Assembly: GCA_041640595.1 (NCBI GenBank)
Contig: JBEPZY010000003.1
Span: forward strand, 32,001 to 96,000
Length of the DNA: 64,000 nucleotides
DNA from: Gemmatales bacterium
GTDB lineage: Bacteria; Planctomycetota; Planctomycetia; Gemmatales; HRBIN36
Direction: 5' to 3'
Under the pieces are notes generated by a model that was given only the letters and a program-made list of their open reading frames with translations, ran no database searches and was not told the origin of the DNA. The translations under genes and the position numbers were made by a program. Each line of letters begins with the position of its first letter. Position 1 is the stretch's first letter. Below, in pieces: positions 19,449 to 29,507 of the stretch.

Positions 19449-20262
19449 AAGGCAGGGCAGGTGAGCCTGGCCCGGTTGTGTCTGCGACACTGGTCGAACC
19501 ACTTGTCGGGCCGTAATGCTTGACGTACCAGCGGATTTGTCGGGCCAGCCCCATCACCATATCCACCTCTTCCCGATTGGGCATAGCTCGGCTCAACAAG
19601 TGCCGTAAACCGTGCCACAGATATTCCGCTCGCTCACCCCAGAGAAAGTGCAGTTCTTCGAGGGCCTGGCGTAGTTGCTGAAACATTCGCTCCAGCACTG
19701 CCAGGGGAGCGGGTTCCCGTGGCGCCACCGGTAATCTACCACCGCTGGCCGCTTGATGTTGCTCATACAAACAAATCGCCACTGCCTGTGCCAGATTCAA
19801 CACCGGATAACTGGCATCTGCGGGAATATGCACCAGATAATGGCAGCGAGTGATTTCCTGGTTCAGCAAGCCGGTTTGCTCGGGGCCGAACACCCAGGCG
19901 ATATTTCCGCTGACGGCCCACTCCCAGGCTCGTTGTGCAGCCTGACGCGGAGTCAGGACCATGTCACGGCGTAACAGGCCACCCACTCGCGCCGACGTGG
20001 CCAAAACCAGGACACAATCGCTGACCGCCTCCGCCAGGTCCGCCACGCTGCGGGCCGATCGCAGCAACGCTTCTCCCTGCGTGGACAGTTTTCGCGCTTC
20101 CAGTTCCAAAGGGTCAGCGTGGGGCCGAACCAGATACAGGTGAGCTAACCCGAAATTCCGCATAATCCGGGCGGTGGCTCCGATGTTGCCGGCAATGCTC
20201 GGCCGCACCAGCACGACACGCATTCGTTCACGCAAGAGCGCCAGCCAGTCGCTTTCGTTCAT
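19345..20262 (-). CDS. trmJ: TrmJ/LasT (SPOUT) tRNA/rRNA methyltransferase
   Basis: VVLVRPSIAGNIGATARIM, VFGPEQTGL and IPADASYPVLNLAQAVAICLYE motifs. The low-complexity C-terminal tail overlaps gmhB. Confidence 0.88.
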   Translation of the reverse strand: MNESDWLALLRERMRVVLVRPSIAGNIGATARIMRNFGLAHLYLVRPHADPLELEARKLSTQGEALLRSARSVADLAEAVSDCVLVLATSARVGGLLRRDMVLTPRQAAQRAWEWAVSGNIAWVFGPEQTGLLNQEITRCHYLVHIPADASYPVLNLAQAVAICLYEQHQAASGGRLPVAPREPAPLAVLERMFQQLRQALEELHFLWGERAEYLWHGLRHLLSRAMPNREEVDMVMGLARQIRWYVKHYGPTSGSTSVADTTGPGSPALPSKPPATASADAEDREGKNPPPDSGSPQSGPDAAS

Positions 20263-20525
20263 GCTTGTGTTCTTTCCCCCGATCGTTGCTCCAATATGCG
20301 TGTCGGCAACCGACTCGCTTTCGTTCGTGCTTCTATCTTCTCAGCGTTTCGCAGGATATGGAAGTGGCAAACCATCCTGCCCACGCAATTGTTGCTTTCA
20401 CCGCTCCGGTTAAGATTTCGCAAAACGGATCGAATCGTGGACTGCTCAATCCTTCCCGTGAATCCATCCGCCGTGGAAACCGTACCGGCAAGGCCACCCC
20501 CGTTCTCGTCAGCGGTCGTTTGTCC

Positions 20526-20638
20526 GTCGCAACTACATTAGCGAATTCCGCCAGTCTCACGGCCAGGTGACTGGGCAACACTTGTCCGAGGAGACATTGT
20601 CGCAACTACATTAGCGAAATCCGGCGGTCTCACGGTCG
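20526..20638. repeat. Imperfect direct repeat pair, period 73 bp
   Basis: GTCGCAACTACATTAGCGAA(T/A)TCCG(CCA/GCG)GTCTCACGG at 20526 and 20599. Confidence 0.85.
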
Positions 20639-20707
20639 CCGCTTTCGCCAATGCGTGCATTCGCAACGAACACATCGGTGATATTCAGCCAAGCGTGCGA
20701 CGTGCAC

Positions 20708-21632
20708 CAAGAGCGGCGGGCGTCAGCCCGCCGTGGTTCGGTAACGGGTCGCGCTAGCAGAACGAAACGAATGATGTTCGGGGAACGACGACCGCTGAAT
20801 TAAGAGCGGCGGGCGTCAGCCGGCCGTGGTTCGGGAATCGCGCCGGCAACACTGAGCGTTTCTTGCCGAACGAGGATGCTCGCATGCCACGGGGGATTAC
20901 GCCCCCCGCTCTTGGTGGTTCTGCGGTGCGGACATTTGCCGGCGAAACTGCGACTTGTGCGATACACGAACGCTCGTTTGCAGGAGCGGCGGGCGTCAGC
21001 CCGCCGTGGTTCGATAACCGCACCTGCAACGGCGATCGGTTTTCGCGGAGTGATTACGTTCACCACCCACGATCGGATGGTGCGCCACGGCTGGCTTACG
21101 CCAGCCGCTCCTGGTGCACGACGCCGGTCCACTGAAAAATAACGACATTCGCGGTGCACAAACGCACGTTCTACAAGAGCGGCGGGCGTCAGCCCGCCGT
21201 GGTGTGCAAAACCGACCCGGCGCCGTGAGAATCGAGCGTTGTTCAGCAACTAGCGAAACGACTACCGAAACCGGTCGTCGTCAGCCCGCCGTGGTTCGGG
21301 AATCGCGCCGGCAACACTGAGCCTTCTTTGCCGAACGGGGATGCTCGCATGCCACGGGGGGCTTACGCCCCCCGCTCTTGGTGGTTCTGCGGTGCGGACA
21401 TTTGCCGGCGAAACAGCGACTTGTGCGATACACGAACACTCCTTTACAAGAGCGGCGGGCGTCAGCCCGCCGTGGTACGGGAATCGCGCCGGCAACACTG
21501 AGCGTTTCTTACCGAACGAGGATGCTCGCATGCCACGGGGGGCTTACGCCCCCCGCTCTTGTCTTGCAGTGCGCATGTCTGCCGGTGAAAAACAATTTTT
21601 TCGATGCACAAACGCACACGCACAAGAGCGGC
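20708..21632. repeat. REP-like mosaic array 2 (about 11 hairpin copies with reused linkers)
   Basis: Forward CAAGAGCGGCGGGCGTCAGCCCGCCGTGG at 20708, 20801, 20981, 21174, ~21271 (degenerate), 21447 and 21623 (partial). Reverse copies at 20887, 21085, 21352 and 21533. Confidence 0.93.
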
Positions 21633-21901
21633 CAGCAGGCTGCTGGCGGCGAGGGTGGCGAACCAATGGCACCGATAGTCGCAACCCGATTGGGGCCGGT
21701 GTCGCAGAGCCCAGACGCCTGGGCAATCGCGTTCACCTCAGTTTTTCCGCCGGTGTTCCGACCAACTCAGTCTTTCCGCCGATGTTCCGGTGAGATTGGA
21801 AAAGCCCTTCCGCACGCAACGTTCCCGTCAGCCAATTCATTCGGGGCTGGTTCTTCAAGCCTACAGTGAAAACCGACAAACCTTCCGTGCCAGCGTTCGG
21901 A

Positions 21902-23878
21902 TTAGTCCATGTCTTCCAGTTTCCTGGCCAGCTCCGGGTCCTGCTTGCGAATCTCCTCCAGCAACGGATCGACCAGGTCAACGCGTGTCCGTTCGAATTG
22001 CCACAGAGGCGACGTCAGCAAAGCGTCTCCTAATTTTACGAGCGGATAATTCTGCAACGTACGGAATTGAACTCTCTCCATAGCTTGCCAGCGCTCGAAT
22101 AGGCTTTTGCGTTGCTCTGGCGGTGGGTTTTGGGCTGTCTGGCTGCCGAGCTTCAGACGGGTGAGGGCTTCGCTGGCCTGCTGCCGCACGATGGCAGGTA
22201 CATCGTCGGCACTGGCGAGCGTTTCCAGCATGACGCGAGCGGGCATGTAACCTTCCTTGCGATACAGAATCTCCGCCAGGTGGATGCGGTTTTCAATTTG
22301 AGCGGTCCAGAACATCACTCGCAATTTCGGGAGCAACCGATCGGGCACATCCATGCCTTTTTCAGCCAAAGCCGAGAATACATAACCGGCGGGGATCCTT
22401 GGCAATTTCCCGTTCAGGGCAGACTCAACAAAGTCCAAGTACATCGGGTCGCGCTCGGCGCCTAATTTGCTGAGGACCATCTCCGTTTCCACGGGCGTTA
22501 TGAACCCACTAGTGGTTTTCCATACTTCGTGGAGCTTTTCCAGAATCTTTTTGTCGCCCGTGAAATAGTAGAGCAGAACCAAAACCCGGCCGACATGCGG
22601 ATGCGTACCGCAGTGATTCAACAGGATGCGTAGCAACGGCTCCATTTCTTTCAGGTTCCGGCTTCGTATTTCGTCAAAGAGAGAAACAGTCAAAAAGGTG
22701 ATCATTGAAGGAAATCTTTGCAAAGCTGCCTGAACCTCGGTTACGGCTTCTTTTTCGGGTAAATGTCGAACCAGTATGGCGAGGACCAGAGCTGCCCGCC
22801 GCTCGTCTTTTTCAGTCGCAAGGGCTTTACGCAGGGTGTCCAAATGCGCCTGGTCGAAGGTGCGGGCACGAAGTAAGGGGAGTAATTCTTCATAGCTTAC
22901 ATACCCCTTATTTATCACTGCGGTCTCGATAAACGCCTGGAGCAGCGGCTCGGGAATGGCCGGAAGAAGCATGGCCGCGCTTGCTACTTCGGTTCGATGG
23001 TACGAAAAGATGGGAAACACGAAGCGATACGTGAGGTCGAATTGCTGATCCACGGTCGTCTGCAAAGGCGGTGATCGGTCGAACCACAGGTTGTCTCGGG
23101 AGGTTACCACGTTGCAGAGGAATTTCAGCACCTGGTCGTCCGTCTGACCTGCCAGGAGCAATAATATCGCAGCTTGAACACGCGGCGCGCCCCGATCCTT
23201 GCTGAAAACTTCCCGGACAAGTTTCCAATCCTCTTGTCCCAGACGCTCATAGCAACAGGTCAGCCCGCGCAGCGCTGCTAGCCGTACTGTGGGGTCCGTG
23301 TCAGAGACAGCCTGGCGAAAGCAGTTGAGAACTTTCTCCGATTTCCGACCCGAAAGACGCAACGCTTCCAGGGCAGCCCAGCGCACCACCGGCTCCTGGT
23401 CGCTCAAAGCGGCGTAAAGTCCTGCCGGTACGGGGCGCAGAGGAACCTTGAATGATAACCAGCCCAGGAACCGGCACGCCGCCACTCGCACCATCGGATC
23501 CGGGTCTTGCAATTGCTGCTCAAGTCGCGGAACATGTCGCGCCATTTTCGACGCCGATAGCAGATAGGACGGCGGGTCTCGCCTGATCAGCTGGTTCATG
23601 GCCTCAATCCGCACCCAGGTGTTCGGGTGGTTGAGCAGGAAGTCGAAGTTCTGCACAAGGGCCTCGTGAACCTCCATGCTGTTAACGGAGCGTAAGGCAA
23701 CCAGGGCCTGGTACACCTCGCTGGCGTCCTGGCTGGTAAGTTTTTGCTTCCATTCGGTCAGTGTTCGGCCCCGAATTTGTTGCGGGGGCGAAGGCAACTG
23801 ACTCCACCCAACCTGGATCAGAGAAACAGCGGCCCACACACCGATAAGCAGAGCTACTCGGCGCTGCATGGCGGTCAT
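21902..23878 (-). CDS. Secreted HEAT-repeat protein
   Basis: Signal peptide, GRTLTEWKQKL motif, and repeats such as LQDPDPMVRVAAC, LSDQEPVVRWAAL and VSDTDPTVRLAAL. Confidence 0.85.
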   Translation of the reverse strand: MTAMQRRVALLIGVWAAVSLIQVGWSQLPSPPQQIRGRTLTEWKQKLTSQDASEVYQALVALRSVNSMEVHEALVQNFDFLLNHPNTWVRIEAMNQLIRRDPPSYLLSASKMARHVPRLEQQLQDPDPMVRVAACRFLGWLSFKVPLRPVPAGLYAALSDQEPVVRWAALEALRLSGRKSEKVLNCFRQAVSDTDPTVRLAALRGLTCCYERLGQEDWKLVREVFSKDRGAPRVQAAILLLLAGQTDDQVLKFLCNVVTSRDNLWFDRSPPLQTTVDQQFDLTYRFVFPIFSYHRTEVASAAMLLPAIPEPLLQAFIETAVINKGYVSYEELLPLLRARTFDQAHLDTLRKALATEKDERRAALVLAILVRHLPEKEAVTEVQAALQRFPSMITFLTVSLFDEIRSRNLKEMEPLLRILLNHCGTHPHVGRVLVLLYYFTGDKKILEKLHEVWKTTSGFITPVETEMVLSKLGAERDPMYLDFVESALNGKLPRIPAGYVFSALAEKGMDVPDRLLPKLRVMFWTAQIENRIHLAEILYRKEGYMPARVMLETLASADDVPAIVRQQASEALTRLKLGSQTAQNPPPEQRKSLFERWQAMERVQFRTLQNYPLVKLGDALLTSPLWQFERTRVDLVDPLLEEIRKQDPELARKLEDMD

Positions 23879-23908
23879 TTCCTTTTTCCCGTCTGGCGAT
23901 GGGATTGG

Positions 23909-25588
23909 TTACTGGTTTTTCTGACCCTCAATTTCCCGAATTGCTTCCAACGCTAAAACCCTAATTTGCGTTGCTCTTGGGGCTGTTGGACCCTTTGGGT
24001 CATTCGCGATGCGAGAATCCTCCGTGAAACGTTGCAAGGCTGGCAGAGCTTCCTTGGCGGCTGGACCGAGGTTTCCCAAACCCACAATCGCAGGTGCTAA
24101 TTGCTCCGGGTCGTTCGAGTTGAGTCGCCCGAGGAAAAACGCGAGCAGGTCTGGGTCTTTTTGCTGGGCAAGAACCCAGAGAGCCAGCCTCGCTAGAAGC
24201 CTCTCCTTCGAGTCCGCCAGGGACATTAGACGTCGGCGAATTTCCTGATCCCCGATTCGCACGCCAAGACGTATGCATTCGTTCAGTACAGCCTCTGACA
24301 CCACGCGATTTTGAATAGCCTGTGGCTCCAAAAGTTCCAGTATTAGCTGGCGCAGGAGCGGTGAACGATTCGAAAACTCCAACGCGCAGGCGCCCACGAT
24401 ACCACGGGCAGTGTCGTCTTGCATTTGAGACAGGTTAGCCATCAGGAAGGGGAGTTCGTCCAGTGCGGCTTGAGGGTCTATATCGGCCACGATGCGGATC
24501 AAATATCCTGCACAGGCTAGATCACGCAGCCGCAATCGCAGTTCGCTGGCAGCTATCTTCCAGGGTAACCGACGACAGGCAACGGCTAAGCGGGCGACAT
24601 TTCGGCGGACCTGCGCATCGCCGTCTCTGAGCCCTTCCGCGAGAAGTTTGACCTTTTTTTCTTGATCCAAATCGGCTAACGCCATCAGATAATAGGCTGT
24701 CGATCGCACCTGGGCATCCGCGTCCCGGCAATGCTCGAGGATCGTCTGCAAGGACTGCTGATCGCGGCGGGTGGAATAGCTGGTATAGAAGGCGTACAGC
24801 TGAGCGACTCGCAACGCCTGCTCTTCAGCGTTTGTGTTCAGCCGGACCCAGTCGGCGATTTCCTGGTTTTCGCCGATCAGGCGCAATAAAGCTTCCTGGG
24901 CCGCCCTTTTGGCCTGTATGTCGCTGAAGCGTAAAGCCCGGCACAGAGCCTCGGCAGTTACCCCGCCGCCAGCCGGAACCTGTCCCAGGAGCCGAACGAT
25001 CAGAGCGCTGGTTGGCGAGGACTTCTCGCCAAGATGCTGCGCGAGAAGCTCGGCGGTCTTTTTAGTGTTACGTACCTGGCATCGTTGCAGGGCTTGCAAC
25101 GCCAGTTGTCCAGCCGGCGTGGTCGGGTCACTCACATACTTGAGCAACCGCTTCAGCACTTCGTCCCCGACGACGCCATCTTTACTGCCAGACGCCAGCG
25201 CATCCACGGCCACGAGTATTAGGTGCCGATCCTTGCTGTCGAGTATCTGCACGATGGTGGATTCGGCCTTGGCATCGAGTCCGGTGAGTGGAGCCAGTGC
25301 TCGCACGGCCGCCACACGCACTGCCGGTACGGAATCGTCCACAGCTTCACACAGGGCAGGTACTGCGGGCAAGGCTGCCTTGCCTGCCTGGGCGAGCCGT
25401 TCCGCAGCCTGAGCCCGTTCCAGGGCATTTTTACTTTTCAGGGACTCGATGCTCTGCAAAACCGCTTCTCGGTCCAGTGGTTTCTCTGCTTGTTGGGCCG
25501 GGCAAAGCTGCGTGCCCCAACAGGAAATCAGACACCACCAGGCCAGCCATACCGTGCCGATTTGTAACGCCGGGCCAGGTTGCTTCAT
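23909..25588 (-). CDS. Secreted HEAT-repeat protein
   Basis: Start ATG 25588 with GGAGG RBS, signal peptide, and repeats VDDSVPAVRVAAVRAL, LRDGDAQVRRNVA and LGNLGPAAKEALPAL. Confidence 0.85.
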   Translation of the reverse strand: MKQPGPALQIGTVWLAWWCLISCWGTQLCPAQQAEKPLDREAVLQSIESLKSKNALERAQAAERLAQAGKAALPAVPALCEAVDDSVPAVRVAAVRALAPLTGLDAKAESTIVQILDSKDRHLILVAVDALASGSKDGVVGDEVLKRLLKYVSDPTTPAGQLALQALQRCQVRNTKKTAELLAQHLGEKSSPTSALIVRLLGQVPAGGGVTAEALCRALRFSDIQAKRAAQEALLRLIGENQEIADWVRLNTNAEEQALRVAQLYAFYTSYSTRRDQQSLQTILEHCRDADAQVRSTAYYLMALADLDQEKKVKLLAEGLRDGDAQVRRNVARLAVACRRLPWKIAASELRLRLRDLACAGYLIRIVADIDPQAALDELPFLMANLSQMQDDTARGIVGACALEFSNRSPLLRQLILELLEPQAIQNRVVSEAVLNECIRLGVRIGDQEIRRRLMSLADSKERLLARLALWVLAQQKDPDLLAFFLGRLNSNDPEQLAPAIVGLGNLGPAAKEALPALQRFTEDSRIANDPKGPTAPRATQIRVLALEAIREIEGQKNQ

Positions 25589-25860
25589 GATTCGCCTCCG
25601 TAAACTGGTCCGATCGTCTTCCCGATATACTGGAAAAACCTGCCCCGCAAATGTCTCCAGGCAGTCAAAGCCGCCCAGAGCTTGTGCCAGCGCTAACTTT
25701 AGCAAGGCCCGAACCAGTCGGCAACCGTGCACCGGGACTATTACGGAAAGCTTAGACGGCCGACATGCGAACGAGGTTGCCGCGGTCCAAGCGGATTCGC
25801 CAGCCGCTTGCGATCCGGAAAAGAACGAGGGTTCCGCTGCCGCCGGTCATGTGCCGAAGG

Positions 25861-26355
25861 TTACGCGGAATCGGTGGCCGGTGGCGGGGGTTCTGTGCTC
25901 TGGGCCGGTGGACGCGCTTCCACCAGCGTGACGGTAATGCCTTCCTGGACTACCTTGCCGTGCTGGTTGAGCACCTGACGCTGCCAGGTGATCAAGCCTC
26001 TGCGACCGCGGCCTCGAGGTTCCTTAGCCAGCACTTTCGAACGTACCCGCAGGGTATCGCCGATGAACACCGGTTCGCGGAACTGCCAGTCGCGGATGGC
26101 CACCAGTGCCAGGGTACGCATCGGTGGACAATTCACACTCAGGCCACTGGTCAGCGCCAAGGTAAGCAAACCGTGAGCAATCGGCCGGCGAAAAGGGGAG
26201 GTGCGAGCGTACTCGTGATCCATGTGAATGGGATTGAAGTCGCCACTCAATCCGGCAAAATGCACCAGGTCGGCTTCGGTAACGGTGCGGCCTGGGGATT
26301 CCCATTCCTGGCCGACTTCCACATCGTCGAAGTACAGGTGGTAGAAGGCGTACAT
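25861..26355 (-). CDS. MaoC/PaaZ-like hotdog-fold dehydratase
   Basis: YFDDVEVGQ, RTVTEADLVHFAGLSGDFNPIHMD, IAHGLL and FREPVFIGDTL motifs. Confidence 0.92.
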   Translation of the reverse strand: MYAFYHLYFDDVEVGQEWESPGRTVTEADLVHFAGLSGDFNPIHMDHEYARTSPFRRPIAHGLLTLALTSGLSVNCPPMRTLALVAIRDWQFREPVFIGDTLRVRSKVLAKEPRGRGRRGLITWQRQVLNQHGKVVQEGITVTLVEARPPAQSTEPPPPATDSA

Positions 26356-26569
26356 GGCCTGACCCCACCGCGTCGTCGCTATCGGTCTGGGTAATTGCGG
26401 GCGATTCGCTCGTCGAAAAACACAGCCTCGCGGCTTTCGGGCAGTTGCGGATCACCTGCTACGGATCAGGAACTAGCGAGTAAGGGCAAGGCAGGACAGG
26501 GGGCCGGCTGCGCGAAAGGTGACACAGGCGAGCACAGACCAATTATGCTGGGTCATCTACTGCCGGCGT

Positions 26570-26676
26570 ACATTCCAGCCCGCCGCTTACCCGCCCGGCA
26601 GTCTGCCGTCGCACGATGACGTCATGAGGCGTTAGCTTGGGCCGACATTCCAGCCCGCCGCTTACCCGCCCGGCAG
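26570..26676. repeat. Identical 32-bp direct repeat pair, period 75 bp
   Basis: ACATTCCAGCCCGCCGCTTACCCGCCCGGCAG at 26570 and 26645, with a 43-bp intervening segment. Ends 10 bp from the stop codon at 26687. Confidence 0.9.
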
Positions 26677-26686
26677 AGGGACATGC

Positions 26687-29158
26687 TCATTTGCTTTCGC
26701 GTGTGTAGCCGGCAGGAACGACCCCGGAAGCAGGTGCGCTGAGCAATTGCAAGGCATAGCCGGCCTGTTCGCGGATACGGGGATCGGCGTCGCGAGCAGC
26801 GAGTTGCAGGGTCTGGCGAACGGCAGGCGTGTCGGCACGGATCAGCGCCAGGGTCTGAATGGCTTTGATACGGACGGCAGGATGTGGGTCGTGACCAGCC
26901 GCCTGCACCAGAGCCTCCACCGCGAACGGATAGCGCTGGGGTTCGATGACCGCGAGTCGAGCGGCCGCCCATTCGCGTTGCTGCGGCGAACCGGAAGTTT
27001 GCAGCACGTTGACCAGGAAGAGTGTGTTCCGCAGGGCCAGCGCTTCGGTGCCGTTGGCGCTGGCTTGCAGCGTCAGCGTTTGCACCGGGGATTGGTGCGG
27101 CGGAACTAATGGCCCGGTCGTCCACGCCACCGGCGTCGCGGCAGTATCGGGCCGGGAAGGTACCACCGGCGGAACGATGCCCGGGAATTGATGCGGATTT
27201 TGCACGGCGGCTACCTGCAACGTGTTGAACGGCTGAATCGGCGGTTGGGGTGGAGGCAAATCCGGGCGTGGTTTGTCGGTGACCATCGGCACGAACGGCA
27301 GGGGCACCGGCGCTTTGGACGTGGCGGTGTCGGTGATGCCTGTCTGTCCGGCAGCAGCTTTGTTTTCGGCACGGGATGCGGTGGATGTCGAACTGACCGG
27401 GCCGGAAGGTGTCGGCGGGGAAACACGCGATGGTGGTTCCGGCAAGGTGGAAGAAGCCGGTTTGTTCGCGCCAGCCGTCAAACTGGCGTTGGTTACCGAC
27501 TCCCGAATGGGATTACGCTGGACGAATTTCTCCGGCTCGCGCAGCGGATCGGGTTTGGCAGGGGTGTTCGGTTTCCGAGCAGCAGAACCTGTCGCCAGCG
27601 GTGGTGGAAACGGTACAGGCGGTTCCGCAGAACTCGGCACAGCGCGTTTCACCGGTAGCACTGCGGAAGCCTGAGCCAGCACCGCGAACTGGTACTGAAT
27701 CGCAACCAGCTGTTCCGGAGTAAGCGAAGCCGTGGTGGCATGGGAAACGCCTGGCTTGTTCGCGGGTCGATCGGAATCGCGACGGAACAGCCGATTGAAC
27801 AGTCCGCGGCGCTGTTCCGGTTCGGCACTGCTCGCCTGCACAGCGTGCTGACCGGTAACGGCTTGGCTGCTGTTTGTGCCGGGAGTAAGCGTAACGCTCG
27901 AAGCAGGTGGCTGGGCTTCAGTCCGAGCAGGGGAAGTGCTTTCCGACCGCGTAAGCGGAGCCTTGGGTCCAATTGCAGAGCGCGACGGGCCCCCTTCGGA
28001 AACTACGCCAGCTGAAGCGTGATCGCTCGGAACCGGGCCGACGATAATACGAGTTTCGCTGCCAGGTACGATGGGAGCCGGAGGTACCTCTGCCATACGC
28101 GGTGGAGGAGCTAACACCGGTGTGGGAAACGCTTCCTGAGATGGGCCGGTCGTGGCACGAGGGGACGAAGTGCCGGACCCGGAAATCCGTCGGACGATCC
28201 GCGACCACAAACTTTCCCGTGGACTGGTTTGGGGCACGAGGACCACCGAAGGTTGTCCCGAAGATGGCGAAGTTTCCGCAGCGGAGGTGGTATTAGTGAG
28301 CGACGGTGCAGGTGCACTGGGAACCTGGTCTGATCTGCTCGTCGCGGATGCAGTCGGCATCGGGACCAGTGTAGCGGACGGTGCTGCCACCGGCGCTGTG
28401 GTCACCGTCATAACCTCGCCTGTAGATTCCGAACGCACCGTCAGGGTGACTACGCCGTTTGTGTCAACGGTCTTGCGGAGAATAACGCAGCGCTGCACGC
28501 CTCGGTCACGGAAATCGAGTGTGATCACCTCGCCGGGACGGTCAAGCCGAGCCAGTTGCTGTAAGACGGCCGGGTTTGCCTGCATCACAGGCGTGGACGA
28601 ACTCGGTGGCGAGGTTTGCTGAGTCGGCGGTACAGTGCCACCAGCAAGCCCGTCACCAGCGCGGGAACTCGGTACCGAAGGTTGCTGAGTCGGCGGTGCT
28701 GTCACAGAAGCACCGCTCGCCGGAGATGGACAAACGCCTGTCGCGGCGGGTTGCCAGGACGTGGACGGAGAACTGCTCGGCTTGGCAGCCTGGGATGGCT
28801 TGTCCGCTACGGCAGCCGGAGTTGCAGGAAGATCGGGAATGGTTGGCACGCCGGGAGGCGGTTTCTGCTGGCCTACTCCCCAGCGATAAAGCTGAGCCTG
28901 GGAACTGCCCGGCGGTTCGACGAGCGTGGCCATTTCTTGAGTTTCCTGCGAGCGAATGTAGCGGATAACGGTTTTATCCGGTCGCTCCCAGGCGAGAACG
29001 GTAACGAACTTCTCCGGCGGCCGGCTCCCCTGGCGGATGGTGAGAACTTTGCCGATCTGATCCGGCAAAGGTCGGCCTGCCGAACCAACCGGTTCCGCGC
29101 GGAGCAAGCCGACCGCCAGGCCCAACCCCGCAATTCCCACCGCCACGATCCGTTTCAT
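26687..29158 (-). CDS. Secreted Pro/Ser/Thr/Ala-rich protein with C-terminal HEAT repeats
   Basis: Signal peptide, long low-complexity regions, two small beta-rich segments, and C-terminal QREWAAARL...HDPHPAVRIKAIQTL...DADPRIREQA. Confidence 0.8.
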   Translation of the reverse strand: MKRIVAVGIAGLGLAVGLLRAEPVGSAGRPLPDQIGKVLTIRQGSRPPEKFVTVLAWERPDKTVIRYIRSQETQEMATLVEPPGSSQAQLYRWGVGQQKPPPGVPTIPDLPATPAAVADKPSQAAKPSSSPSTSWQPAATGVCPSPASGASVTAPPTQQPSVPSSRAGDGLAGGTVPPTQQTSPPSSSTPVMQANPAVLQQLARLDRPGEVITLDFRDRGVQRCVILRKTVDTNGVVTLTVRSESTGEVMTVTTAPVAAPSATLVPMPTASATSRSDQVPSAPAPSLTNTTSAAETSPSSGQPSVVLVPQTSPRESLWSRIVRRISGSGTSSPRATTGPSQEAFPTPVLAPPPRMAEVPPAPIVPGSETRIIVGPVPSDHASAGVVSEGGPSRSAIGPKAPLTRSESTSPARTEAQPPASSVTLTPGTNSSQAVTGQHAVQASSAEPEQRRGLFNRLFRRDSDRPANKPGVSHATTASLTPEQLVAIQYQFAVLAQASAVLPVKRAVPSSAEPPVPFPPPLATGSAARKPNTPAKPDPLREPEKFVQRNPIRESVTNASLTAGANKPASSTLPEPPSRVSPPTPSGPVSSTSTASRAENKAAAGQTGITDTATSKAPVPLPFVPMVTDKPRPDLPPPQPPIQPFNTLQVAAVQNPHQFPGIVPPVVPSRPDTAATPVAWTTGPLVPPHQSPVQTLTLQASANGTEALALRNTLFLVNVLQTSGSPQQREWAAARLAVIEPQRYPFAVEALVQAAGHDPHPAVRIKAIQTLALIRADTPAVRQTLQLAARDADPRIREQAGYALQLLSAPASGVVPAGYTRESK

Positions 29159-29507
29159 GCCTCTACCCCCGTCACTGGTCCTGTTCTCGCAAACGGGTCA
29201 CGCCATTTCGCCCCAGCCCGGCAGCACCTGGAAGCAGGGTCGGCTTGTGCCGAATGCCCTGTTGGCGTGCTCGCTTCCGTTCGCTCCTTATTTGCGATCT
29301 TCGCGCAATGTACCAGCTTGTCATTCTTTATCGTCCGCGGGCACGCTGTGCCTGAATGGGAAATGGTGAGCGGGTACAATAAAATCCACTGCATCCGCTC
29401 CACTGACGGCTGGCCAGGCGGCAGGCATTCGCGGCAAGCCGAAGGGCATTCGACATCTGGGGCCGCCAGACCGCCGGCATGCTGAACCTTTCTGGAGACT
29501 GGACGGG

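Noticed and set aside
20708..21632. REP arrays (also 2011-2460 and 54858-55943) as CRISPR arrays
   Set aside because: Repeats alternate in orientation, spacers are mostly ~57-95 bp and reused, and no cas genes are present.
21737..21790. 29-bp-period duplication CTCAGT(T/C)TTTCCGCCG(G/A)TGTTCCG
   Set aside because: It is real but an isolated short tandem duplication with no evidence of function, and it does not fit the ~73-bp class.
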